From Bacteroidales bacterium (lineage in GTDB: Bacteria > Bacteroidota > Bacteroidia > Bacteroidales > UBA932): 64,000 nt of DNA. A program made the position numbers and the translations under genes. The DNA is taken from assembly GCA_017560825.1 (NCBI GenBank), contig JAFZED010000007.1:6284-70283 (forward strand), in the 5' to 3' direction. This document shows positions 18,173 to 27,960 of this stretch, piece after piece; position 1 is the first letter of the stretch, and the number at the start of each line of letters is the position of its first letter. Under the pieces are notes generated by a model. The model saw only the letters and a program-made list of their open reading frames with translations, searched no databases and was not told the origin of the DNA.

Positions 18173-20791
18173 ATGAAATCATTAAGATTCAATATCCTGT
18201 CCGTCCTTGCCTGCCTTTCTCTTCTGGCTGTAAGCTGCTGTGCTGTAGAGGAAGAGATGGATTACAGGGAGAAGGATTACGGATATGTTCAGTTCAAGCT
18301 CTACAAGGAGGCTTCATATGAGGCCACCAAAGCCATTGTAGAAGAGCTTGATTATCTCAGCCAGGTTTCCAAGGTGACAGTCACCCTGGAATATGGCGAA
18401 AGCCGAATTTCCCAGACTCTCGTCGTATCCGCATCTTCGGATGAAGCTGCAGAATACGGTATGAGGAGTGACAAGCTCAAGCTTCTTGCAGGAGAGTACA
18501 GACTTATGAAGTTCACTCTCTATGACAAGCTTGACCAGGAACTCTATGAGGCAACACCTTCCGGAGCAAACTTTGCTGTCGTTGAGGGAGGTCTTACCTC
18601 TCACGACATCCTTGTAAATGTCACTCCAAGAGGAAAGGTGAGATTCAGCCTTGTCAAGGACATCGTGACCAAGGCAGCAACAAGAGAGTACACCTTCGAT
18701 GAGATCTCCGAGATCGACATCGAGGTCAGAAACACAAGCACAGGAGCAAAGACGCTTTTCGAAGAGCTCCCTGCTGATTTCTCTGTTCATTTCACTGAAG
18801 ACAATGACGAGGATTTTGGCTACCAGACATCGTCAAGTGTATGTGACACCCTTCTCAGCCTCAAGGCAGGTGTGTATGAGGTAATATCTTACACATCATA
18901 CGATGAGAACGGAAAGCTTCTCGAGACCTGCTCTAATGTGGCTTCAAACCAGTTCGAGGTGTTCGACAACCGCATTACTGAGACTGATGTTCCTGTAAAG
19001 CTTTACGAGGCAGATGCCTACATCCAGGATTACTATGCGCTCAAGGCCATCTGGGAGTCTCTCGATGGTGAGAACTGGTATTATATAGGTGAAAACTATC
19101 CTTCAGGTACCAACTGGAACTTCAACAGAGATGTCGATCTCTGGGGAGACCAGCCTGGCGTGAAGCTCCACAGCAATGGTCGTGTGGCCCTCCTCGACAT
19201 CAGCAACTTTGGTGCAAAGGGAGACTGCTCGGAAAGACTCGGCGACCTCACAGAGCTTGTGGAACTGTATATGGGTACACATAATGATACCCATAATATA
19301 TATGACCCTCTGCGTGACCGTGAGTCTGGAATGAGCCGTATGGAAAGACATAAGGCTTACCTTTCTCAAATTCACCCTCATACACAGATGTCAGAGCCTA
19401 TCGCCCGCGCTCTTATGGAGAATAACATTATGATTCCTGAGATCGCTATGCATCTCCAGTACAGTGAGGATGAAATCATCGAAAAGGGAACAGGTGCGAT
19501 GAAGGAGCGTCCGGAACTTAAGGATATGAACTTCGGAAAGATTACACACGGTCTTACTTCTATCCCTGAGTCCATCGGCAACCTCAAGAACCTCGAGATG
19601 TTCTATGTGGCCAACTGCCTTATCACCAAGCTTCCGGAGTCATTGGCTACTCTTCCTGCCCTCACAGACGTCGAAGTGTACAACTGTCCTGAACTCAAGG
19701 AGTTCCCTATGATACTCTCAAAGATGCCGAACCTTGTTTCGCTTCTGATCTCAAACAACAGGCAGTGGACTGCAGAAGATCTTTACGAGGGTCTTGACGC
19801 CCTTGCACAGGGACCTTCGAAGGGCCTTATCCAGATGCTCTATGTAAACCAGAACAACCTGGCTGTGGTCCCAGCTTCTTTCAAGAACCTCGTGAAACTT
19901 GGTCTGCTCGACCTTTCGAGCAACAAGATCGAGTACTTCGAGGAGGCTCTTGGCCAGAGCGTGAACCTTGTGCAGTGCTTCCTGGATGATAACCAGCTTA
20001 CAACCCTTCCTAAGGATGAGGAGGGTTACTTCTGCGGTATTGAGGACGTGGAGACTTTCTCAGTCAAACTCAATAAGATCAAGAAGTTCCCTAATATCTT
20101 CAGTGCCAAGTCTATATATACAATGGCTTCTGTCGATTTCTCTTATAATGACATCGACGGATTCGAAGGAGCTGAGGACGGAACATATAACGGTATCAAG
20201 GTGTCGACGCTTACATTGAACAACAACCCGTATCTTACCAAGTACCCTAAGTGCCTTGCTGAGACCAATTCAACAGTGGGTTATGTCAGCCTCCGTGGTT
20301 GCAGTATCAATGAGATTCCTGAAGGCTCGTTCGTCTATGAGAATTCACCTTCACTGATGTCTCTTGACCTTTCATACAACAAACTTGAGAAGTTCCCTCG
20401 CGAGATGCACGCAGGCAACCTTCCATATCTGTATGGAGTGGATGTGTCATATAACTGTTTCGCTTCCTTCCCTTGGGAGCCGCTTGACAGCTTCTATCTT
20501 ACAGTGCTTTCAGTCCGTGGACAGCGTAATGCAAACGGTGAAAGATGTCTTTCGGAGTGGCCTACAGGTATCTACAACCACACAGGTATGCGTGCCTTGT
20601 ATATGGGTTCAAACAATCTCGGTAAGATCGACGACACAATATCTTACCTTATATATGTGCTCGACATCAGCGACAACCCTAACATAATCTTCGATGCGAC
20701 AGACATCTGCAGTGCCATTTCATCGGGATTATATACTCTTATATATGACCAGACACAGGAAATCAGAAATTGTGACATATTATTCCGTTAA
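18173..20791 (+). CDS. Lipoprotein with two tandem DUF4458-like N-terminal domains and a leucine-rich-repeat region
   Basis: Lipobox AVSC; cap DYYALKAIWESLDGENW; repeats IPESIGNLKNLEMFYVANC, LVKLGLLDLSSNKI, LMSLDLSYNKL. Confidence 0.85.
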   Translation: MKSLRFNILSVLACLSLLAVSCCAVEEEMDYREKDYGYVQFKLYKEASYEATKAIVEELDYLSQVSKVTVTLEYGESRISQTLVVSASSDEAAEYGMRSDKLKLLAGEYRLMKFTLYDKLDQELYEATPSGANFAVVEGGLTSHDILVNVTPRGKVRFSLVKDIVTKAATREYTFDEISEIDIEVRNTSTGAKTLFEELPADFSVHFTEDNDEDFGYQTSSSVCDTLLSLKAGVYEVISYTSYDENGKLLETCSNVASNQFEVFDNRITETDVPVKLYEADAYIQDYYALKAIWESLDGENWYYIGENYPSGTNWNFNRDVDLWGDQPGVKLHSNGRVALLDISNFGAKGDCSERLGDLTELVELYMGTHNDTHNIYDPLRDRESGMSRMERHKAYLSQIHPHTQMSEPIARALMENNIMIPEIAMHLQYSEDEIIEKGTGAMKERPELKDMNFGKITHGLTSIPESIGNLKNLEMFYVANCLITKLPESLATLPALTDVEVYNCPELKEFPMILSKMPNLVSLLISNNRQWTAEDLYEGLDALAQGPSKGLIQMLYVNQNNLAVVPASFKNLVKLGLLDLSSNKIEYFEEALGQSVNLVQCFLDDNQLTTLPKDEEGYFCGIEDVETFSVKLNKIKKFPNIFSAKSIYTMASVDFSYNDIDGFEGAEDGTYNGIKVSTLTLNNNPYLTKYPKCLAETNSTVGYVSLRGCSINEIPEGSFVYENSPSLMSLDLSYNKLEKFPREMHAGNLPYLYGVDVSYNCFASFPWEPLDSFYLTVLSVRGQRNANGERCLSEWPTGIYNHTGMRALYMGSNNLGKIDDTISYLIYVLDISDNPNIIFDATDICSAISSGLYTLIYDQTQEIRNCDILFR

Positions 20792-20797
20792 TCGAAA

Positions 20798-22444
20798 ATG
20801 ACAGATATGAAGAAATATATATACCTCTTTTTCGCTGCCGTTTTCGTGACAATGGCGTGCGTACCTCAGGATCCTCAGGTCCAGTTCGGAGTGGATTCTG
20901 ACAATATAGAGATCGGCCCTGCCGGAGGTAAGAGACTCATCAACGTGTCTTCTGCTGACAACTGGACAGCAATGGTCCAGGAGCCGTGGATCACAGTCTC
21001 TCCGTCAAACGGAAGGGGCTCGGTAGAGTGCGAGGTCATCATTGACTCGGCACTTGCTGTTACATCCCGTACAGGTGTAGTGCGTATCAACAATCTGAAT
21101 ACATCTGATTATAAGGAATTTACCATTACCCAGAAAGGTTTTGACTACTCGATCGAGCTCAAGGACACCAAGGTCGAGATCGCAGAGTATGCAGAGTATG
21201 ACAAGCGTTCTTTCGATGTCGTGGTGAATACCAATGTAGACTTTGAGGTGGTTGTGCCTGAAGAGGCTCAGAACTGGCTCAAGTACAAGAAGTCAGATCT
21301 TGACCTTGACAGAGGTGCAAGACCAAGAAACTCTGTAGTACACTTTGAGTGGAAGGTCAACACCCGTGACATTTCAAGAGATGCCCTTGTTTCGTTCAAG
21401 CCTGTTGAGGAGGTCGTGATGACAAGAAGCGACATCCTTGAAGTTCATCAGAAGGCTTCAGTTACAATCCCTGCAAACACAGTACAGGGTGACTCGCTCG
21501 CGTTGATCGCAATCAGAAGAAACATCAACTCTTGGGAGGAGTATGAGGTTTCAGAGAGAATGGAGCACTGGGAAGGCGTTACAGTGTGGAAGTCAGGTCC
21601 GAATAAAGGACGTGTACGTTCTGCAAGCTTTGCCTTGTTCGACACTAAGGAGGAGCTTCCTTATGAGGTGCAGTATCTTACTGCTGCCGAGGAACTTTAC
21701 TTCTTCGGTAACTCAAACTCATTCCTCAAGGACCTTGATCCGGGTGAGTACATCACTACCTTGACTAATCTTAAGAGGCTTACCATAGGCGCCTATGGTC
21801 TGAACACCATTCCGGATAGCTTCAAGAACCTGTCGAACCTGGAGATGCTCGACCTCAGTGCCAACAACTTCCAGAAGATTCCAGAGATCATTACGCCGGA
21901 GAACTTCCCTAATCTCCGTTCGCTTTATCTCAATACCAACACAAGGAGAACCATTTACGACCTCAAGAACACCATTTACGAGAATTATGGCGGTCTGGTA
22001 GACGAGACACCTGCTGATGCTGAAGGCAAGAGAACGTTCCCAAGAAGAATCCTGGAGTGGAAGCAGCTTGACACTATCCGTCTCTCAGTGAACTACCTTC
22101 ACGGTGAGATTCCGGATATGGAAGACTACCCTGAGAAATGGACTGCAGAAGAGGTACACGCTTGTGACACCCTCCCTGACATCCTGATCGGACTTCCTAA
22201 GGTTCTTCCTAACACCAACCTGTTTGCAATCAACCTCAACAGACTTACTGGAAGGATTCCGGACTGGTTGCTTTACCATCCGAAACTTGACCTGTGGGTT
22301 CCTTTCTCTCTGGTCTTTATGCAGGAAGGAAAGACTGTAGACGGACAGTCCGCAGGATTCTCTAATGAGCCAGCAAGTATGGACTACTATTATGACCATT
22401 ACGTGAACAAGGTCTATAACCCTAAAAATTTTACGGAGGAATAG
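20798..22444 (+). CDS. Lipoprotein with BACON domains and leucine-rich repeats
   Basis: Lipobox TMAC; VSSADNWTA...EPWITVSPSNG.G (BACON); IPDSFKNLSNLEMLDLSANNF, LNRLTGRIP. Start may be 20807. Confidence 0.85.
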   Translation: MTDMKKYIYLFFAAVFVTMACVPQDPQVQFGVDSDNIEIGPAGGKRLINVSSADNWTAMVQEPWITVSPSNGRGSVECEVIIDSALAVTSRTGVVRINNLNTSDYKEFTITQKGFDYSIELKDTKVEIAEYAEYDKRSFDVVVNTNVDFEVVVPEEAQNWLKYKKSDLDLDRGARPRNSVVHFEWKVNTRDISRDALVSFKPVEEVVMTRSDILEVHQKASVTIPANTVQGDSLALIAIRRNINSWEEYEVSERMEHWEGVTVWKSGPNKGRVRSASFALFDTKEELPYEVQYLTAAEELYFFGNSNSFLKDLDPGEYITTLTNLKRLTIGAYGLNTIPDSFKNLSNLEMLDLSANNFQKIPEIITPENFPNLRSLYLNTNTRRTIYDLKNTIYENYGGLVDETPADAEGKRTFPRRILEWKQLDTIRLSVNYLHGEIPDMEDYPEKWTAEEVHACDTLPDILIGLPKVLPNTNLFAINLNRLTGRIPDWLLYHPKLDLWVPFSLVFMQEGKTVDGQSAGFSNEPASMDYYYDHYVNKVYNPKNFTEE

Positions 22445-22450
22445 GACTAT

Positions 22451-24484
22451 ATGAAATTATTTGATTACAGATATATCGCAGCTGCACTCCTGAGCGCCGC
22501 TCTGGTGGGCTGCTCGGTGGAGGAACCTCTTGCAGGCATACAGCAGGAACAGGCTCCGCAGGTGTCCGAGGGCACTGTCCAGGGCGAGCTCCTTGTGCGT
22601 TTCGACAGCACTGTGGCTGATGTCCTGGAGAAGACAGGCCTTACCAAGAGCGCTTCTGACAGAAGCGGAGTCCTGAATGTCGACCAGGTACTTGAACTCG
22701 TAGGTGGCTACGAGCTCGAGAGGGTCTTCCCATACAATTATGCTACTGAAGCAAAAACCCGTGAGGCAGGACTTCACCAGTGGTACGTGGTACGTTTCAG
22801 TGAGGACTACACAGTAGAGGAAGTCGCTTCTAAGCTCTCTAAGTTAGGAGAGGTGACAGGCGTACAGACCAACTACACCCTCAAGAGAGCTTCGTGGGAG
22901 AAGGCAAAGCCTCTGACTCCGGAAATGCTCAAGAAACTTACTACCAAGTCAGGCTACACAGGAAAGTTCGATGATGAGAACCTTCCTCTTCAGTGGAACC
23001 TTATCAACAACGGAGATCTCGGCCCTACAAAATTCGTAAAGGGTGCTGATGTGCAGGTGGAAAAGGCTTGGGAGAAGTCGACAGGACATCCGTCAATCAT
23101 CGTGGCGGTTCTCGATGAGGGAATCGATGTGACACACCCTGACCTTCAGGCCAATGTGTGGGTGAACGAGAACGAGATCAAAGGATCGCACGAGGACAAC
23201 GATGGAAACGGATATGCAGGTGACTACCACGGATTCAACTTCGTGAACAACATCGGCAACATCCTTACAGATGACATCTATGACACAGGACACGGCAGCC
23301 ACGTTGCCGGTGTCATCGCAGCAACAAACAACAACGGCATCGGTATCAGCTCGATTGCCGGAGGAAATGGCTCACAGCCAGGCGTAAAGGTTATGTCCTG
23401 CCAGATCTTCTCCGGAGCCTATGCCGGAACCCTCCTTGATGAGGTAAGAGCCATCAAGTATGCAGCAGATAACGGCGCTGTCATCCTTCAGTGCAGCTGG
23501 GGCTATACTTCAGGAGCTGCAAACCCGATGGATTGGGGAAGCCCTATGTATGCTACAGATGAGGAGTGGGAGGCAATGAATGTTCTCGAGAAGCTTGCTC
23601 TCGACTACTTTACCCACACTGCCGGATCTCCTGACGGAGTCATCGACGGTGGTATTGCAGTATTTGCAGGTGGAAACGAGATGGCACCTCTGGCAGGTTA
23701 TCCTGGAGCCTATCCGGATTTCCTTTCTGTTGCCGGAACAGCAGGAGACTTCACTCCGGCTGTCTACAGCAACTATGGCGGAGGTACTTCTATCTCTGCA
23801 CCGGGAGGAGACCAGGACTACTATTATGAGTACGGCGAAGGCTATGATATGGGACTCCTCGGATGCATCCTTTCAACTGTGCCATACCACGTGAGTGAAA
23901 CAGGTTATGCCTATATGGAAGGAACCTCTATGGCCTGTCCACACGTGTCGGGAGTAGTTGCCCTTGGCCTTTCATATGCAGCTCAGCAGCGCAAACATTT
24001 CAAGGTTGACGAGTTCAAGGAACTTGTCTATTCGACTTGTACACCTCTCGAGGACAAGTGGAACTATGACACTCCTAAGCTGTATTACAAGTTCGTGGCA
24101 GACCTTCAGCAGAACCAGCCTCAGACCTTCAACCTCAATGACTACAAGGGAAAGATGGGTGCAGGACAGATCAATGCATACGAACTCCTTTGTGCAATCG
24201 ATGGCGCAGGTTCAGAAATGACATTCCCTAACGTGTTCCTCGCTGTAGGCGGCCAGAGCACCTTGATCCCTTCAATGTACTTCAAGAAAGGTGACGGTCT
24301 TGACTACACAGTGACAGTCGATAATGCGGCAATCGCTTCGTGCAGCAAGGATGCTGCGGGAAGACTTGTCTTCAAGGGACTAGCAGAAGGACAGACTTCT
24401 GCTACAGTCAAGTCAAGCAACGGCGAGGCTCAGTCATTTGTCATTACAGTAAGAAACAAGGCTGACAACGCAGGCTGGCTTTAA
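22451..24484 (+). CDS. S8 subtilase-family serine protease lipoprotein
   Basis: Lipobox LVGC; prodomain; intact triad VAVLDEG, HGSHVAG, GTSMACPHVSG; oxyanion AGGN; C-terminal Ig-like domain. Confidence 0.93.
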   Translation: MKLFDYRYIAAALLSAALVGCSVEEPLAGIQQEQAPQVSEGTVQGELLVRFDSTVADVLEKTGLTKSASDRSGVLNVDQVLELVGGYELERVFPYNYATEAKTREAGLHQWYVVRFSEDYTVEEVASKLSKLGEVTGVQTNYTLKRASWEKAKPLTPEMLKKLTTKSGYTGKFDDENLPLQWNLINNGDLGPTKFVKGADVQVEKAWEKSTGHPSIIVAVLDEGIDVTHPDLQANVWVNENEIKGSHEDNDGNGYAGDYHGFNFVNNIGNILTDDIYDTGHGSHVAGVIAATNNNGIGISSIAGGNGSQPGVKVMSCQIFSGAYAGTLLDEVRAIKYAADNGAVILQCSWGYTSGAANPMDWGSPMYATDEEWEAMNVLEKLALDYFTHTAGSPDGVIDGGIAVFAGGNEMAPLAGYPGAYPDFLSVAGTAGDFTPAVYSNYGGGTSISAPGGDQDYYYEYGEGYDMGLLGCILSTVPYHVSETGYAYMEGTSMACPHVSGVVALGLSYAAQQRKHFKVDEFKELVYSTCTPLEDKWNYDTPKLYYKFVADLQQNQPQTFNLNDYKGKMGAGQINAYELLCAIDGAGSEMTFPNVFLAVGGQSTLIPSMYFKKGDGLDYTVTVDNAAIASCSKDAAGRLVFKGLAEGQTSATVKSSNGEAQSFVITVRNKADNAGWL

Positions 24485-25263
24485 TGAACAGGATAAGGCT
24501 CATATCATTGCTGTGCTTTCTGCTGGTCTGCGCGCCTGCAGCCCAGGCCCAGGTCCGTATCATCAGCAGAGAGAAACTTGATAGCGTGTCCAATCCGAAG
24601 CTTGCCCCAAACAGCAATGCACTCGAGTTTGACAGGCTGCACATAGCAGCAGAGCCTATGACTGAAGATGACGCTCCGGAAAGCTTTACCTACACTTTCC
24701 GGAACCTTTCCCAAAGTTCTTTGACCGTAAGCCGTATAGTCTCCACCTGTTCCTGCGTCCAGGCGACGTGCGACAGGAAGGTCGTAGCACCGGGGGAATA
24801 TGCCACCGTAAAGGTGGTATATGACCCGAAGGGCCATCCGGGAAGCTTCGAAAGGAAGATATTCATATATACGGACGAAAATATACAGCCGTCAGCTACC
24901 CTTCGACTTTCTGTCAAGGTCTCCTCGGGCGCCGACAAGTCAGGTCAGTTTCCTGTGGATATGGGAAAGATCAGACTCAGAAGCAACGAGGTCAAGGTAA
25001 GTGCCAGGGCCAGATCGGTCCAGACGCTTGTATATATGAACGTAAGCGACGCTCCGCTCACCCTGCGCTGCGAGGATATGCTTCTTCCGAGCTGCCTGCA
25101 GTTCAGAAGCGAGCCTGAGACGGTAGGGAAGGGGGAAGAAGGCCAGATCGTCATCACTTATGATCCTGCGGCAGACGGGAAAAAAAGGAAGGAGTACCTG
25201 TTGGTGCTCAAGGATATGGGACTTCCGCCAAGCCAGTCATCGATAAAGATTAAGGTAGAATAA
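24484..25263 (+). CDS. DUF1573-domain exported protein
   Basis: Signal peptide AQA; YTFRN...VSTCSCV...VAPGE...V.YDP.G.PG.F.RKI; TAATG overlap with the protease gene. Confidence 0.8.
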   Translation: MNRIRLISLLCFLLVCAPAAQAQVRIISREKLDSVSNPKLAPNSNALEFDRLHIAAEPMTEDDAPESFTYTFRNLSQSSLTVSRIVSTCSCVQATCDRKVVAPGEYATVKVVYDPKGHPGSFERKIFIYTDENIQPSATLRLSVKVSSGADKSGQFPVDMGKIRLRSNEVKVSARARSVQTLVYMNVSDAPLTLRCEDMLLPSCLQFRSEPETVGKGEEGQIVITYDPAADGKKRKEYLLVLKDMGLPPSQSSIKIKVE

Positions 25264-25279
25264 AGAAATATATAAAGAT

Positions 25280-25747
25280 ATGAATACAATAGTTAGAAGA
25301 ATTTTGCTCTGCATCCTGTTTCCGGCAGCCCTGATGGCAGTCTCTTGCACAGAGGAGCCGGTAGAGGTCATCGAGTACCTCGATGTGAACTCAAACACGA
25401 TTTCAGGCAACTGGCAGCTTGATTCCTGGAACGGCAGTGCTCTTGCGGAAGGAACCAAGATGTACATCAAGTTTGTCCGCAATGACCAGACTTACCAGAT
25501 GTGGCAGACAATGGACAGCTTCAGCGACATCCCTCACTATGTCACCGGAGAATTCAACATCACGACAGATCCGATGAACGGTGCCGTCATCAACGGAAAG
25601 TACGACAACGACGAGGGCCTCTGGCAGCACAGTTATATGGTCAAGGACCTCACAGCGACAGAAATGACCTGGATAGCAGTCGACGATCCGAACTTCATCC
25701 AGCACTTCGTCCGCGTCGACTCTATCCCATACGACTCTGAAATCTAA
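25280..25747 (+). CDS. Lipocalin-like lipoprotein
   Basis: Lipobox AVSC-TEE; ISGNWQL (GxW motif), DLTATEMTW. Confidence 0.7.
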   Translation: MNTIVRRILLCILFPAALMAVSCTEEPVEVIEYLDVNSNTISGNWQLDSWNGSALAEGTKMYIKFVRNDQTYQMWQTMDSFSDIPHYVTGEFNITTDPMNGAVINGKYDNDEGLWQHSYMVKDLTATEMTWIAVDDPNFIQHFVRVDSIPYDSEI

Positions 25748-25770
25748 CCCCCTGTCCTAAAGCTGGTTAT

Positions 25771-25808
25771 AAAAAATGCCTGCTGTGTTTGCACAGCAGG
25801 CATTTTTT
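25771..25808. terminator. Bidirectional intrinsic terminator between the SusCD operon and dnaK
   Basis: AAAAAATGCCTGCTGTG-TTTG-CACAGCAGGCATTTTTT. Confidence 0.9.
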
Positions 25809-25828
25809 GTAACTCGTTGGCTATCAGA

Positions 25829-27721
25829 TTACTGCTCGTCTACGCCCTGGTCGTCAGTCTGTGGACCTGCCTGGCCGCCGAATGGGCCCTGCTGTGCTCC
25901 TGGCTGAGGACCTGCCTGTGCAGCCTTTGCCATATCCTCAGAAGCTGCGTGCCAAGCTGCCTCGAGCTCTGAGTTGTACTTGTCTATGTCCGCGAGGTTC
26001 TGAGCCTTCACAGCGTCCTTGAGTGAGTTCAGAGCGTTCTCGATTGCAGACTTCTTCTCTGCAGGGATCTTGTCGCCGTACTCCTTGAGGTTCTTCTCTG
26101 TCTGGAAGCACATTGCGTCAGCGTTGTTGATCTTGTCGATACGCTCCTTCTCAGCCTTGTCAGCAGCCTCATTTGCCTTAGCCTCGTCTCTCATTCTCTG
26201 GATCTCTGCGTCAGAAAGTCCTGAAGAAGCCTCGATGCGGATGTTCTGCTCCTTGCCTGTAGCCTTGTCCTTTGCAGAAACATTGAGGATACCGTTTGCG
26301 TCGATGTCGAATGTCACCTCGATCTGAGGTACACCTCTTGGTGCAGGTGCGATACCGTCGAGGATGAAGTTGCCGATGAGCTTGTTGTCCTTAGCCATCG
26401 GACGCTCTCCCTGGAGAACGTGTACGTCCACTGCAGGCTGGTTGTCAGCAGCTGTAGAGAACACCTGTGACTTCTTGGTAGGGATTGTAGTGTTAGCCTC
26501 GATGAGCTTTGTCATCACGCCGCCGAGAGTCTCGATACCGAGTGAGAGCGGAGTAACGTCGAGAAGAAGCACGTCCTTCACGTCACCTGCAAGCACACCA
26601 CCCTGGATAGCTGCACCCATAGCCACAACCTCATCAGGGTTCACGCTCTTGTTAGGAGCCTTTCCGAAGAACTTCTCTACTACTGCCTGGATTGCAGGGA
26701 TACGTGTCGAACCACCTACGAGGAGAACCTCGCTGATCTGTGATGCGCTGAGGCCTGCATCCTGGAGTGCCTTGCGGCAAGGCTCGATTGTTCTCTGAAT
26801 GAGGTGGTCGGCAAGCATCTCGAACTTAGCTCTTGTAAGAGTCTTCACAAGGTGCTTAGGCATACCGTCAACAGGCATAATGTAAGGGAGGTTGATCTCT
26901 GTCGAAGTCTGGCTTGAAAGCTCGATCTTAGCCTTCTCAGCAGCCTCCTTGAGTCTCTGGAGGGCCATAGGGTCCTTCTTGAGGTCGATACCGCCGTTCT
27001 CAGCTGCGAACTCAGCTGCGAGCCAGTCGATGATCACCTGGTCAAAGTCGTCACCACCGAGGTGAGTGTCACCATTTGTTGAAAGAACTTCGAACACGCC
27101 GTCTCCGAGGTCCATAATAGAGATATCGAATGTACCTCCACCGAGGTCGTACACAGCGATCTTCATATCCTTGTTCTGCTTGTCAAGACCGTATGCAAGA
27201 GCTGCAGCAGTAGGCTCGTTGATGATACGCTTTACTTCGAGACCTGCGATCTGACCAGCCTCTTTTGTAGCCTGACGCTGTGAGTCTGAGAAGTATGCAG
27301 GAACTGTGATGACAGCCTCTGTAACCTCCTGTCCGAGGTACTCCTCTGCAGTCTTCTTCATCTTCTGGAGAATCATTGCAGAAATCTCCTGTGGTGAATA
27401 GAGACGTCCGTCGATGTCTACGCGTGGAGTGTCGTTCTCACCCTTTACAACCTTGTAAGGCACACGCTCGATGTCGCCTGTTACCTGGCTGTACTTCTCA
27501 CCCATAAATCTCTTGATAGAGAAGATGGTCTTGTGAGGGTTGGTGATAGCCTGACGCTTTGCAGGGTTACCGATCTTTCTCTCACCGCCGTCGGTGAATG
27601 CAACTACTGAAGGGGTAGTTCTCTGGCCCTCGTTGTTGATGATTACTGTAGGCTCGTTACCTTCCATCACTGCTACGCAGGAGTTGGTGGTTCCAAGGTC
27701 AATTCCAATGATTTTTCCCAT
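25829..27721 (-). CDS. dnaK: Chaperone DnaK (Hsp70)
   Basis: [47 protein letters not shown]. Confidence 0.99.
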   Translation of the reverse strand: MGKIIGIDLGTTNSCVAVMEGNEPTVIINNEGQRTTPSVVAFTDGGERKIGNPAKRQAITNPHKTIFSIKRFMGEKYSQVTGDIERVPYKVVKGENDTPRVDIDGRLYSPQEISAMILQKMKKTAEEYLGQEVTEAVITVPAYFSDSQRQATKEAGQIAGLEVKRIINEPTAAALAYGLDKQNKDMKIAVYDLGGGTFDISIMDLGDGVFEVLSTNGDTHLGGDDFDQVIIDWLAAEFAAENGGIDLKKDPMALQRLKEAAEKAKIELSSQTSTEINLPYIMPVDGMPKHLVKTLTRAKFEMLADHLIQRTIEPCRKALQDAGLSASQISEVLLVGGSTRIPAIQAVVEKFFGKAPNKSVNPDEVVAMGAAIQGGVLAGDVKDVLLLDVTPLSLGIETLGGVMTKLIEANTTIPTKKSQVFSTAADNQPAVDVHVLQGERPMAKDNKLIGNFILDGIAPAPRGVPQIEVTFDIDANGILNVSAKDKATGKEQNIRIEASSGLSDAEIQRMRDEAKANEAADKAEKERIDKINNADAMCFQTEKNLKEYGDKIPAEKKSAIENALNSLKDAVKAQNLADIDKYNSELEAAWHAASEDMAKAAQAGPQPGAQQGPFGGQAGPQTDDQGVDEQ

Positions 27722-27759
27722 AATTGTTATCTTTTATATAATTTATATTTCTGTTATAT

Positions 27760-27821
27760 ATCCCTCGGCTTCGCTCGGGATGACAGTCGTACTGTTTCTC
27801 CTCGCCTTCGCTCGGGATGAC
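27760..27821 (-). repeat. Two tandem REP-like palindromic units in the dnaK leader
   Basis: Minus strand GTCATCCCGAGCGAAGGCGAGGAG (27821-27798) and GTCATCCCGAGCGAAGCCGAGGGAT (27784-27760). Confidence 0.7.
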
Positions 27822-27960
27822 GCCGCAGCGCTGTGCTGCAGCGACGCCGACATTATATCGAAAGCTGTGCCAATGGCCTTACAATAAAAATATATGCCAA
27901 AATGTCAGTTTTTATCTGCCAACCCTCCCTCCGTAATGACATAATTACTATTTTTGTCAT

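Noticed and set aside
27760-27821. Two similar palindromic units about 37 bp apart, as a possible mini-CRISPR
   Set aside because: Only two imperfect units, a spacer of about 13 nt and no cas genes; treated as REP-like.
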